DNA of 64,000 nt from Candidatus Babelota bacterium (GTDB lineage: Bacteria > Babelota > Babeliae > Babelales > GCA-2401785): the NCBI GenBank assembly GCA_016871815.1, contig VHBT01000003.1, forward strand, positions 14,317 to 78,316, in the 5' to 3' direction. Shown one piece after another: positions 41,501 through 49,179 of this stretch. Under the pieces are notes generated by a model. The model did no database searches. It worked only from the letters and a program-made list of their open reading frames with translations, and had not been told where the DNA came from. Both the position numbers and the translations under genes were made by a program. The number at the start of each line of letters is the position of its first letter. Positions within the stretch are counted from its first letter, which is position 1.

Positions 41501-42238
41501 CCATATCTTCAAAAATCAAATTCTCTCACCCTTGGAACCCTTGAAGATGCAAGCCTTGCAGAATACTATCAACTTACTGAAATGCTACCACCAAGCGCTT
41601 TGATTACAGGAATTAACGGAAGTGGTAAGTCGATTGTTCTTAAAGGAATCATCTGGGCAATTATGATGGCTAAAACATTTGGGTATGCGCCATTAACAAA
41701 CGGCGTCATGACATTTATTGATAAAATGATTGTTCATCTAAGTAGCACAGACAACGCAGCTGAAGGCGAATCATGCTGGATAGCTGAAGCTAAAGCCATG
41801 GGACAGGCAATTCACACAATGCAATCACCTCGACAAGGATACGAAAAAATTCTATTTATCGGTGATGAACTTGGAAGTGGAACAGCTGATCATGCATCTA
41901 TCGCATCTGTCGCTCAATTAATCGAAATCGCAGTATCAACCCCTCACGTTGCATGTATTGTCACAACACATCTACGAATTCTGACTGAACTTGAAAGAAT
42001 ATCAAAAGGAAGAATCCTTAACTATTGTGTAGGAAAAAGACTACTACCTGACGGATCAATCGAAGGACGATTTATGCTCCAAAGAGGTCGCGCAGAAAAT
42101 AATATCGCCGAAAAAATCGTTAACGACTTACTTCATAAGGGCCACATTGATATCACAGATCCTTCAGAATCGTCAGAAGAAACATGGGAAGACGAAAAAT
42201 CAGCAGCAACTGAAATACTACCAGAAGTAACCGCATAA
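38519..42238 (+). CDS. Giant membrane-anchored MutS-domain-V ATPase paralogue (1239 aa)
   Basis: GAAGGTGA SD. N-terminal anchor KKIFLCVLLVVHTLSPTALLF. It shares FMRWHAFFTQKTANWF with the upstream paralogue (FIRWHAIITQKTAHYF). The C-terminal region is LITGINGSGKSIVLKG (Walker A, nt 41609-41635), ESCWIAEAKA, ILFIGDELGSGTA and VTTHLRIL, ending in an acidic tail. Confidence 0.85.
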   Translation: MKNTYKKQSKKIFLCVLLVVHTLSPTALLFSKPRAVHVFKKTNMHLPSRKAFQEIASCWEGLQPAAYIKNKSKKIGNLDTPEQAISFISAQQGSLKKHSEVKPIAEALEYLSDLASPASAFDLLNSTPRAVTDLQVFGEKGFYKNINRTSLALGQALQITQIYQGARSELEATERRDLISSFLKNPDLTKAVCLRIKALQKIEAQFLRQSKASFNHNLENKIEKLAPSKWFGKYRENASFMRWHAFFTQKTANWFFGYEHQKAMYLFSAFLTIVSLVLSKQSQTFVYDFYSALKNFIKRTNTSPQTGTGVASSSVSTGTTTPQDQPQVPPHTFTQQIRSFPRVMVQQYFERNPSGMLWISEKFYNRTLESPSKRAASLERLKDGCSDTSGLRMLADFMFGPLTGLFSGLGAATSSAAKTLIDPLKGPISSAQWKDAPLSSLTSLPYKSAVADFKKRFCENFGESSFMSWRMNGLDSLPKMTQEYILKEINENKDLAELFIIDKTDQTNSEQTIAHQLFKWVDPFGFYRYSDALQDSATPADGITNAAKKLTGAPDEEKNPFKMLNTVLNNLPGINNLLTGDLGQISVPALFSNPFTMIRSIMISPGANLFKLLFGYGGRTHWNWGFLGLRTRELLYALSNPFVQAAFKEKTSRTHEHGGNTYKITFAPNLFNLASLLRPAFYWARWLYYKSYITETPASRLSNTYNAERIIQARIAEDANKSDSLFDGCDLNAFKLFTVESVNADGSISTEDISKQQASEILLEAINTGKLQQLFQTRNTQGLTGDELAQALKHNQSILNKKLNWKKFILGLEVLALVTIFVGSKFWSTFVFGAKTKVEMYDVLDKYMFESVKPSIMFAELTRQISGIFKNNSHDLPLPTSLREKFAHIAHTSSKECQEFSLIAQNSLFFKDTHPGTFGDVGSVRRAYQLLKRPDVKEWVATCATIIAELDSYTGMARLVVEHKDIQNPYAPVRFVDQEKPFVHLENFWFPLLNPYLQKSNSLTLGTLEDASLAEYYQLTEMLPPSALITGINGSGKSIVLKGIIWAIMMAKTFGYAPLTNGVMTFIDKMIVHLSSTDNAAEGESCWIAEAKAMGQAIHTMQSPRQGYEKILFIGDELGSGTADHASIASVAQLIEIAVSTPHVACIVTTHLRILTELERISKGRILNYCVGKRLLPDGSIEGRFMLQRGRAENNIAEKIVNDLLHKGHIDITDPSESSEETWEDEKSAATEILPEVTA

Positions 42239-42305
42239 CAATCCAAGTTGACCTTCACAAAACATCGCGATACATTACCAGCTAAAGCCACAAAAAACAG
42301 GAGTA

Positions 42306-42920
42306 TTGTGTATGATGAAAAGAATGTCTTTATTACTTGGAATGGTATCCGTATTCTCACTTAATGCCGCTATCGAAGTTAAAAAAAACGCACTCGATGA
42401 TATTTTACCAAATGCATCTCGCGTATATGTTGATGCTCAAAGCGTATTCCAACTTTCTACAGCAGGAAACACCCTTGCGCAATGGTCAGATGCAAAAAAC
42501 AAAGAACTGAACGAATTTGCAAACAAAAAGCAAGCTGAACTCAAAAAAAGAGAACAAGAAATAATGGCTTCAAATATCACACCTGATCAAGTTCCACTTA
42601 AAAAACTTGAACTAGAACATTTGCAACGCCAAGCAACCTTGGATATTGAGCGAATGAAAACACAACTCGAAGTTGAACTTTCAAACAAGATGAAAACAGC
42701 AGAAGCGGACATCAAAAAAACAATCAGCAATCTTGCGACAGAAAAGGGATGGCTCGAAGTTGTAAATAAATCAGAAGCAACAGCTCTCTTCTATTCGCCA
42801 AAACTTGATGCAACTGCAACTGTTCTTGAAGCATTCAACAAAGACAGCAAACTTGCTGCAGCAAAAGAAGTTTTAAGATCCGACTCACAAGAAAAAACCA
42901 CCGCTCTTTTGAAAGCGTAA
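42306..42920 (+). CDS. OmpH/Skp-like periplasmic chaperone (tentative)
   Basis: About 200 aa with signal MKRMSLLLGMVSVFSLNA, a long charged coiled-coil middle, and a C-terminal ...GWLEVVNKSEATALFYSPKLDATATVLEAFN resembling the Skp C-terminus. The start (GTG at 42306 or ATG at 42312/42315) is uncertain. Confidence 0.55.
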   Translation: MCMMKRMSLLLGMVSVFSLNAAIEVKKNALDDILPNASRVYVDAQSVFQLSTAGNTLAQWSDAKNKELNEFANKKQAELKKREQEIMASNITPDQVPLKKLELEHLQRQATLDIERMKTQLEVELSNKMKTAEADIKKTISNLATEKGWLEVVNKSEATALFYSPKLDATATVLEAFNKDSKLAAAKEVLRSDSQEKTTALLKA

Positions 42921-42926
42921 TTTTTT

Positions 42927-43481
42927 GTGGATCACAAATTTTCAAACATTGCTGATCTAAAACTTATCGTGGGCCTTGGAAATCCAGGCCCACGATACAA
43001 AGATACCAGACACAACGTTGGGTTTATGGTGTTAGATGAGCTTGCACATAAATATCATGCAACCGCCTGGAAAGAAGCCGACAAAGCAAGCTCGTGCCAA
43101 ATCACCCTCTCGCTCCCCAGCGGGCAACTACACACAATTACTCTTTTAAAACCCCTTTCTGGCATGAATGTTTCTGGCATTCACATTAAACCTTTTTTAA
43201 AAAACGGTATAAAGCCTGAACAAATTGCCTTGTGTTACGATGAGATGGAAAAACCCTTTGGCAAAAGCATGATTCGCTTTGCCGGAAGCGCTCGCGGCCA
43301 CAACGGCGTGCGATCAGCAATCGAACAAATCGGGCCTCATTTTTGGCAACTACGCTTTGGAATCGCTCGGCCTGCAGAAAAAAGCATGGTAGCAGACTAC
43401 GTTCTTTCGCCATTTACTGCAGAAGAAAAAATTGACCTGGCATCAAAAATAGATGATTGCCTTGCAATTTTAGGTCTCTAA
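42927..43481 (+). CDS. pth: Peptidyl-tRNA hydrolase
   Basis: GTG start. KLIVGLGNPGPRYKDTRHNVGFMVLDELA ... GSARGHNGVRS are classic Pth motifs. Confidence 0.92.
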   Translation: MDHKFSNIADLKLIVGLGNPGPRYKDTRHNVGFMVLDELAHKYHATAWKEADKASSCQITLSLPSGQLHTITLLKPLSGMNVSGIHIKPFLKNGIKPEQIALCYDEMEKPFGKSMIRFAGSARGHNGVRSAIEQIGPHFWQLRFGIARPAEKSMVADYVLSPFTAEEKIDLASKIDDCLAILGL

Positions 43482-43616
43482 AAAGACATACCGAATAATT
43501 TTTTATTCATTTTTTAAAAAAAAGGGTGAAAAAATACTTTTCTCTAAAAAACCAACAACAATCTCAATGATTCTTTAACCTAAAAAGAAAATGACTACAA
43601 AAACCCTAAGAAACCT

Positions 43617-44618
43617 ATGAAATTTTTCCATTCCTTAAAATTAGCCTTAATCTTTCTGCTGCTTACCCCCACTCTTCATGCAACACAGATTTCTCGCGTC
43701 TCTCAAGCTGCACAGCTGATTTCGGGCACCTCGCACAATTATTTACACTCAAGCGATGCGCCAGCTCACTGCGCTCTAACACTCTGCGCATATGTTGCTT
43801 CTCGCGCAAACCTTAGATTCGAACAACAAAGCAGAGGAAAAACGCTCGTCCATAACTCCGAACCATTTGCTTTTGCGATTGAATCTTTTTATCAAATTAT
43901 TCCGTATCTTATATCTTCAAAAAAACTTTCTGCCTGGTCAATTCCCTTCATGTTAATAAAACACACCGATCACGCGATTGAAATTGCCCTAAGGCAATTG
44001 CTTGATTACTACAAAACACCAAGATCCGCTCGCTACTACCTTGATTGGATCATCGATGTGCTACCCCTAATTCGTAAAACAATATTCGGCTGGTGGTACA
44101 CGCAGAATGTGTTAAATGAAATCAAAGCTGAATGCAAAAAAATAACTATAGAACCAGAAATAACAAGTTCTGCATTTGCGCAGACACCACAGTGCATTTC
44201 CTTGAAAAATCCGTTGTTCCACATACTTGAAGCAGGACTTCTTATTTTTGAAAAAAAAAAATTAGATGGCATAAAAAGATTGCGCTACGTGGTGCTCAAT
44301 ATATTAAGCAAAACAATCCCACTCCTCAAAAACATTCATATTTCTGAATCAACATTCAAGCAGCTCTCCAAACCATTACAACAAAAAATCATCGATATCG
44401 GTACCGCAGAAGACTACGCGAGCGCCGATCTTTTGTATCGCACACTTAGTCCAAATATCTTGGGCCTTGACCATGCAGACTATCTAAATGGTATCTTTAC
44501 ACCAGAAGCAGAAGCTTGGCCAACAACGGCTCAACAACAAGTTGTTGGTAATTATTGGATGCGCAGAGGGATTAGCGATATTTTTGTTCCTTTTGGTAAA
44601 ATTTTCAGACAAACATAG
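43617..44618 (+). CDS. Secreted hypothetical protein
   Basis: 333-aa ORF with signal MKFFHSLKLALIFLLLTPTLHA. No domain recognised. Confidence 0.7.
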   Translation: MKFFHSLKLALIFLLLTPTLHATQISRVSQAAQLISGTSHNYLHSSDAPAHCALTLCAYVASRANLRFEQQSRGKTLVHNSEPFAFAIESFYQIIPYLISSKKLSAWSIPFMLIKHTDHAIEIALRQLLDYYKTPRSARYYLDWIIDVLPLIRKTIFGWWYTQNVLNEIKAECKKITIEPEITSSAFAQTPQCISLKNPLFHILEAGLLIFEKKKLDGIKRLRYVVLNILSKTIPLLKNIHISESTFKQLSKPLQQKIIDIGTAEDYASADLLYRTLSPNILGLDHADYLNGIFTPEAEAWPTTAQQQVVGNYWMRRGISDIFVPFGKIFRQT

Positions 44619-44621
44619 CGA

Positions 44622-45296
44622 TTACAAATTAATTTTATGTACCGATACAGTCGAAAACAATTCACTATCGTGCGTAACAACAATCACACACGAGTTATAT
44701 TTTTGCCGAACTTGGACAAATAAATCGCGTACAAGTTCGGCATTTTTTTTATCCAAACTTCCCGTTGGCTCGTCTGCCAAAATAACTTGTGGGTTATTTA
44801 CCAACGCTCGGGCCAGCGCCACCCGCTGACGCTCGCCTCCCGACAAATAACGTGGATACGAATTTTTCTTGTGCTCAAGCCCAACAAACCCAAGAAGTTC
44901 TGACACTTTTTTATCAATTTCCACCTGAGTTCTTCCCAGCACTTGCGCAGGAAGTGCAATATTTTCTGCAACGGTAAGCTCGGGAACCAAGTAATGAAAT
45001 TGAAACAACATCCCAACCACACTCTGCCGATACCTCAAAAAGTCATCCTGAGACCAACTGGTAATTTCCCGATTATCAAAAAACAGTTTTCCCGCCGACG
45101 GCTTTTCTAGACCCGCTAAAATATGCAAAAAAGTTGTTTTTCCTGCCCCCGAAGGACCAGACACAACATACAACTTTCCCCGCTCAAATACCTGCGACTG
45201 AGGACGCAAAATCAACAGCTCACCAGCTTCACTCAAAACCTTTTTTTCAATCTGCTCACATCGCAAAACAGTCAACTGGTCGCCCTGCACACCCAA
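44622..45296 (-). CDS. ABC transporter ATP-binding protein (LolD/FtsE/MacB-like subfamily)
   Basis: Walker A GPSGAGKTT, ABC signature LSGGERQRVALARAL, Walker B VILADEPTGSLD and H-loop VVTHD. No permease gene is adjacent in this window. The start codon is uncertain (TTG). Confidence 0.88.
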   Translation of the reverse strand: MGVQGDQLTVLRCEQIEKKVLSEAGELLILRPQSQVFERGKLYVVSGPSGAGKTTFLHILAGLEKPSAGKLFFDNREITSWSQDDFLRYRQSVVGMLFQFHYLVPELTVAENIALPAQVLGRTQVEIDKKVSELLGFVGLEHKKNSYPRYLSGGERQRVALARALVNNPQVILADEPTGSLDKKNAELVRDLFVQVRQKYNSCVIVVTHDSELFSTVSVHKINL

Positions 45297-45498
45297 TACC
45301 CCTCAAAAAATCAAAAATACAAGAGTCAAGGTATTATAAAATTTATACCAACACCAACAGATTGGCCGATTCAATGCCGCTTTTTTTGAAAACTATCTTG
45401 TCATGCTTCAAACCGCTTACCTAGACTATCATATAGGCATACGGCTGGTAATCTGGCAAGGATGCCATGCTCTGTGTTTCATACATAACGGGGGGGTT

Positions 45499-47856
45499 AT
45501 GAAGGAACTGCAAACAGCGCCAGAGACATCTAAAAGCTCTGACGCACTGTCACTTATTCCAACAGTAGACATCGTGGTATTCCCACAGATGGTTGTTCCA
45601 TTGCTTGTCATGGACCAACGCATCATCGATGGCGTTAACAAAGCTCTCGAGGGATCAAAAGAAATTTTACTGGTGGCGGTACGTGGCTCTAGCGATAATA
45701 CACAAAAAGCCGTAGAGGCTGAAGATTTATACGAAGTCGGCACGATCGGAAAAATCATGCGCGTTATGAACATTCCAGAAGGTGGAATGAAGATTTTAGC
45801 GCAAGGACTCCGCCGTGTATCTATTCAAAATGTACATTCAGATGAAACAAGCATTTCTGCTGAAGTTTCTGAATATCCATTCGACTCTCAGATCAATAAT
45901 CCGCAAGTCGAAAAAAAAGTGCGCGAAATTATCGCACTGTGTGAACGAATGTCATCTTTGGGCGGCTCTTTTAATCAGGATTTTCATGTAATATTTTCTC
46001 AAATTGACGACCTTGAACGATCGGTAGACTTTCTACTTTCACATCTGACGCTTTCAGTTATTCAATCTCAGGCATTACTCGAAAAAAAACTAATGATTGA
46101 ATTACTCGATGAACTATTCGTCTACCTGGAAACAGAAGCCGAAACAGCTCGCATGCAAGAACGCATCAAACACAACGCCCGCGATGCCATCAACAAATCG
46201 CAACGTGAATATTACCTACGAGAACAACTGCGTGCAATTCAAAAAGAGCTGGGCGATGACGTTGACAATGAAATGGACGATCTTAAGAAAAAATTAGAAA
46301 ATCCTGCACTTTCTGAAGAAGCATCAAACGAAGCAAAAAGACAACTACGAAGACTTGAACGCACATCTCCAGATTCCCTGGAAGCTACAGTTATTCGTAA
46401 CCATCTTGAATGGCTTTTGGGTCTTCCCTGGGGTAAAACAACCACAGATAACCTAAACATCACATATGCAAAAAGTATTTTAGATCGCGATCATTATGGG
46501 CTAGAAAAAATTAAAGATCGAATTCTTGACTATCTTTCCGTAAAAAGCTTTCAAACTTCAGATCACTCTCCGATTTTATGTTTTTCAGGGCCTCCCGGGG
46601 TTGGAAAAACATCGCTTGGAAAATCGATTGCTGAATGTCTTGGAAGAGAATTTTTCAGAATTTCTGTTGGTGGTTTGCATGACGAATCTGAACTCAAAGG
46701 GCATCGACGAACCTATGTTGGGGCACTTCCAGGTAGATTTATCCAGGCTATTTCAAAAACAGGAAGCATGAATCCTGTGATTGTGATTGATGAAATAGAC
46801 AAAATCGGACAATCAGGCAAAGGCGATCCTTCTGCTGCATTGCTTGAAATTCTCGACCCTGAACAAAATAACAATTTTTATGACAATTATCTTGGAACTC
46901 ATTTTGATCTTTCAAAGGTAATGTTCATCGCAACATCAAACGATCTGCACAACATCCCAGCTCCGCTGCGAGATCGTATGGAAGTTATTGAACTTTCAGG
47001 CTACACCGTCGAAGAAAAAGTAAAAATCGCAAAACAACATCTTGCACCACGAGCAATTAACTTTTCCGGGCTCAAAGAAAAAGGGCTTGATTTTGATGAC
47101 TCTGTTTTAAGAGAACTTATTATTTCATACACCAGAGAATCTGGTGTTCGAACGCTCAATCGATACATTCAAACGCTGTGTTCAAAATTTGCACGTGCAT
47201 TACTCGAGACCGATACCAAAACAATCTTTACCAAAGAAAATCTTGCAGAGTTTTTAGGACCCCGAAAAATTTCATTGGATAAAAATATCACAAAAAATCG
47301 AATCGGCGTTACAAACGGTCTTGCATGGACACCATTTGGTGGAGAAATCTTACAAGTCGAAGCTGTCATGATGCCTGGACAAGGAAAACTTACACTCACA
47401 GGACAACTTGGAGATGTGATGAGAGAATCAGCTCAAGCTGCAGTAAGTTACATTCGTTCAAAAGCAGATGCTCTTGGGATTAAACAAAATTTGTTTAACG
47501 AAACCGATCTTCATATCCACTTTCCTGCTGGTGCTATTCCAAAAGACGGTCCATCTGCCGGCATCACGCTCGTTTCTTCGATTTTATCGGTTATGACGCA
47601 ACGTCCAATTAATGGAAACTTTGCAATGACCGGAGAAGTTGATTTGCATGGTGGAGTTCTTCCTATCGGCGGACTTAAAGAAAAAATATTAGCCGCAAAA
47701 CAACATGGCGTTACAAATATCATTGTACCAAAAGAAAATAAGCACGATGTTGACGGGCTTGATGACATTCTTCAAGGCCTTACACTTCATTTCGTTTCTC
47801 ACGTAGATGAAGTTGTCTCTCGTGTTCTTATGGACAAGGAACCATTGAGGGCTTAA
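45499..47856 (+). CDS. lon: ATP-dependent protease Lon (LonA type, full architecture)
   Basis: I chose the ATG at 45499 (GGGGGG upstream). It has the Lon N-domain LSLIPTVDIVVFPQMVVPLLV..., Walker A GPPGVGKTS (46588-46614), Walker B VIVIDEIDK, LDPEQNNNFYDNYL and APLRDRMEVIEL. The protease has DGPSAG (Ser codon 47554-47556) and GGLKEK, with the Lys 43 residues after the Ser. Confidence 0.95.
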   Translation: MKELQTAPETSKSSDALSLIPTVDIVVFPQMVVPLLVMDQRIIDGVNKALEGSKEILLVAVRGSSDNTQKAVEAEDLYEVGTIGKIMRVMNIPEGGMKILAQGLRRVSIQNVHSDETSISAEVSEYPFDSQINNPQVEKKVREIIALCERMSSLGGSFNQDFHVIFSQIDDLERSVDFLLSHLTLSVIQSQALLEKKLMIELLDELFVYLETEAETARMQERIKHNARDAINKSQREYYLREQLRAIQKELGDDVDNEMDDLKKKLENPALSEEASNEAKRQLRRLERTSPDSLEATVIRNHLEWLLGLPWGKTTTDNLNITYAKSILDRDHYGLEKIKDRILDYLSVKSFQTSDHSPILCFSGPPGVGKTSLGKSIAECLGREFFRISVGGLHDESELKGHRRTYVGALPGRFIQAISKTGSMNPVIVIDEIDKIGQSGKGDPSAALLEILDPEQNNNFYDNYLGTHFDLSKVMFIATSNDLHNIPAPLRDRMEVIELSGYTVEEKVKIAKQHLAPRAINFSGLKEKGLDFDDSVLRELIISYTRESGVRTLNRYIQTLCSKFARALLETDTKTIFTKENLAEFLGPRKISLDKNITKNRIGVTNGLAWTPFGGEILQVEAVMMPGQGKLTLTGQLGDVMRESAQAAVSYIRSKADALGIKQNLFNETDLHIHFPAGAIPKDGPSAGITLVSSILSVMTQRPINGNFAMTGEVDLHGGVLPIGGLKEKILAAKQHGVTNIIVPKENKHDVDGLDDILQGLTLHFVSHVDEVVSRVLMDKEPLRA

Positions 47857-47863
47857 CACAATT

Positions 47864-47906
47864 AAATAACTGCGCATATACTACCTATGCGCAGTTATTT
47901 TTTTTA
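47864..47906 (+). terminator. Intrinsic terminator of lon
   Basis: AAATAACTGCGCATA-tactacc-TATGCGCAGTTATTT followed by TTTTT. Confidence 0.8.
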
Positions 47907-47918
47907 TGTTAGCTCGCT

Positions 47919-49049
47919 GTGAATAAAAAAACTAAATTATTTACGCTTATCTTTTTTTTATTACTCCCAAAAACAGTCAATTCTTATTGGGCTTTTATTA
48001 CAACACCATTCAGGCTCGCAAGGTTTGTTTTTAGCAGCACTCTCAGTGGTGGTGCTAATATTTATTTTCTTGGACAGATCATTAATTTTGCCTACCAAAA
48101 ATTTAATTCTTCCTCACCTTTTTATAGATTGGAACAAAAAATTTCTTTAAGCAAAATGCCCTCTTCCCTAAAAAGCGAACTCTATGAAGAAATCAAATAT
48201 GCCCAACTCTCACATTCAGAAGAAAGAGCAGGAGGAACACATGCTTTTATTAACCAGGTGCTTCATTTTCCATGGAGAAAAAAAAAAGAACCAGAAGCAG
48301 ATTTAAAAAAAATTTACCAAAGAATAGATTCTAAAATTTTTGGGATGCACAAAATAAAAAAGCTCGTTTTAGACCTCTTTTTTGCCTATCACGAAGGGCG
48401 AATAAAACACATTTCACCTTTATGCCTTTATGGACCTCCGGGAACTGGCAAAACAGCATTTGCCGTTGCCCTTGCAAAAGCCCTTAACCTTCCGTACATC
48501 ATAATCTCGGCAACAGGAGCCAATGACCCAGATGCTTTTTTTCGGGGATCACTCAGGACATATGTTGGTTCTGCGCCCGGATTTTTTTTCTCTGCTTTTT
48601 CACAATTACAATGCATAAATCCACTGATTATTATCGATGAAATCGACAAACAAGCTGTAGGTAATCACCGCGGAACAATCCAAAACGTATTACTTCAAGC
48701 TCTAGACCCGGTGCAAAACAAACGATTTAGAGACTATTACCTTAACCATGATATCGATATCAGTAATGCATTTATCATTACCACCGCAAACGATATCAAC
48801 CTCATTTCAGACCCCCTCCAAGACCGAATGCTCATGGTCAAGGTAGATGAATACAGCGAAAAAGAGCGCGAAATTATCGCAAGTACCATTATTTGGAACA
48901 AAATTAAAGGAACGTACAAAATCCCTCCGGATGTAAAGAAACAATTTATTCAAAAAGCACTCTTAAAAACAGCTGAAACACGAATATTTAGGTCTTTAAA
49001 AAAAATATTAACAAAAAAAATCAATCGCTGGCTCAGACTAAATAGCTAA
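47919..49049 (+). CDS. Membrane-anchored Lon-like AAA+ ATPase lacking a protease domain
   Basis: 376 aa with GTG start. Two N-terminal hydrophobic segments (LFTLIFFLLLPKTV; ANIYFLGQIINFAY), a Lon-type pre-AAA helix ending ...VLHFPW, Walker A GPPGTGKTA (48432-48458), Walker B LIIIDEIDK, LDPVQNKRFRDYYL and TTANDINLISDPLQDRM. The protein ends about 90 aa later, with no DGPSAG. Confidence 0.85.
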   Translation: MNKKTKLFTLIFFLLLPKTVNSYWAFITTPFRLARFVFSSTLSGGANIYFLGQIINFAYQKFNSSSPFYRLEQKISLSKMPSSLKSELYEEIKYAQLSHSEERAGGTHAFINQVLHFPWRKKKEPEADLKKIYQRIDSKIFGMHKIKKLVLDLFFAYHEGRIKHISPLCLYGPPGTGKTAFAVALAKALNLPYIIISATGANDPDAFFRGSLRTYVGSAPGFFFSAFSQLQCINPLIIIDEIDKQAVGNHRGTIQNVLLQALDPVQNKRFRDYYLNHDIDISNAFIITTANDINLISDPLQDRMLMVKVDEYSEKEREIIASTIIWNKIKGTYKIPPDVKKQFIQKALLKTAETRIFRSLKKILTKKINRWLRLNS

Positions 49050-49179
49050 ATAAAATGTTTTTTCAACAAAAGCAGCTCTTTTAGTAAAAAAGAAGACCCC
49101 CTTTTGAAGCTTTGTTTGCGATAAGCCATACTACAAAAAGTGCTGAGTTGGCCGCGTTATTCTGGGGAGAAAAATAATT

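Noticed and set aside
27940-42238. Assignment of the MutS-like/HerA-like block to a named defence system (HerA-Sir2, HerA-DUF4297, Gabija, Septu, PARIS, Lamassu and others) or to canonical mismatch repair (mutS/mutS2)
   Set aside because: The partner genes that define those systems (Sir2, DUF4297, nucleases, Smr, MutL) are absent. The MutS-like proteins lack mismatch-binding regions and are membrane-anchored. The block is kept as an uncharacterised candidate, not forced into a known category.
45403-45498. N-terminal 32 codons of the track ORF for lon (MLQTAYLDYHIGIRLVIWQGCHALCFIHNGGV)
   Set aside because: There is no similarity to Lon N-termini. The ATG at 45499 is preceded by a G-rich SD and starts just before the conserved Lon N-domain, so the shorter model is preferred.
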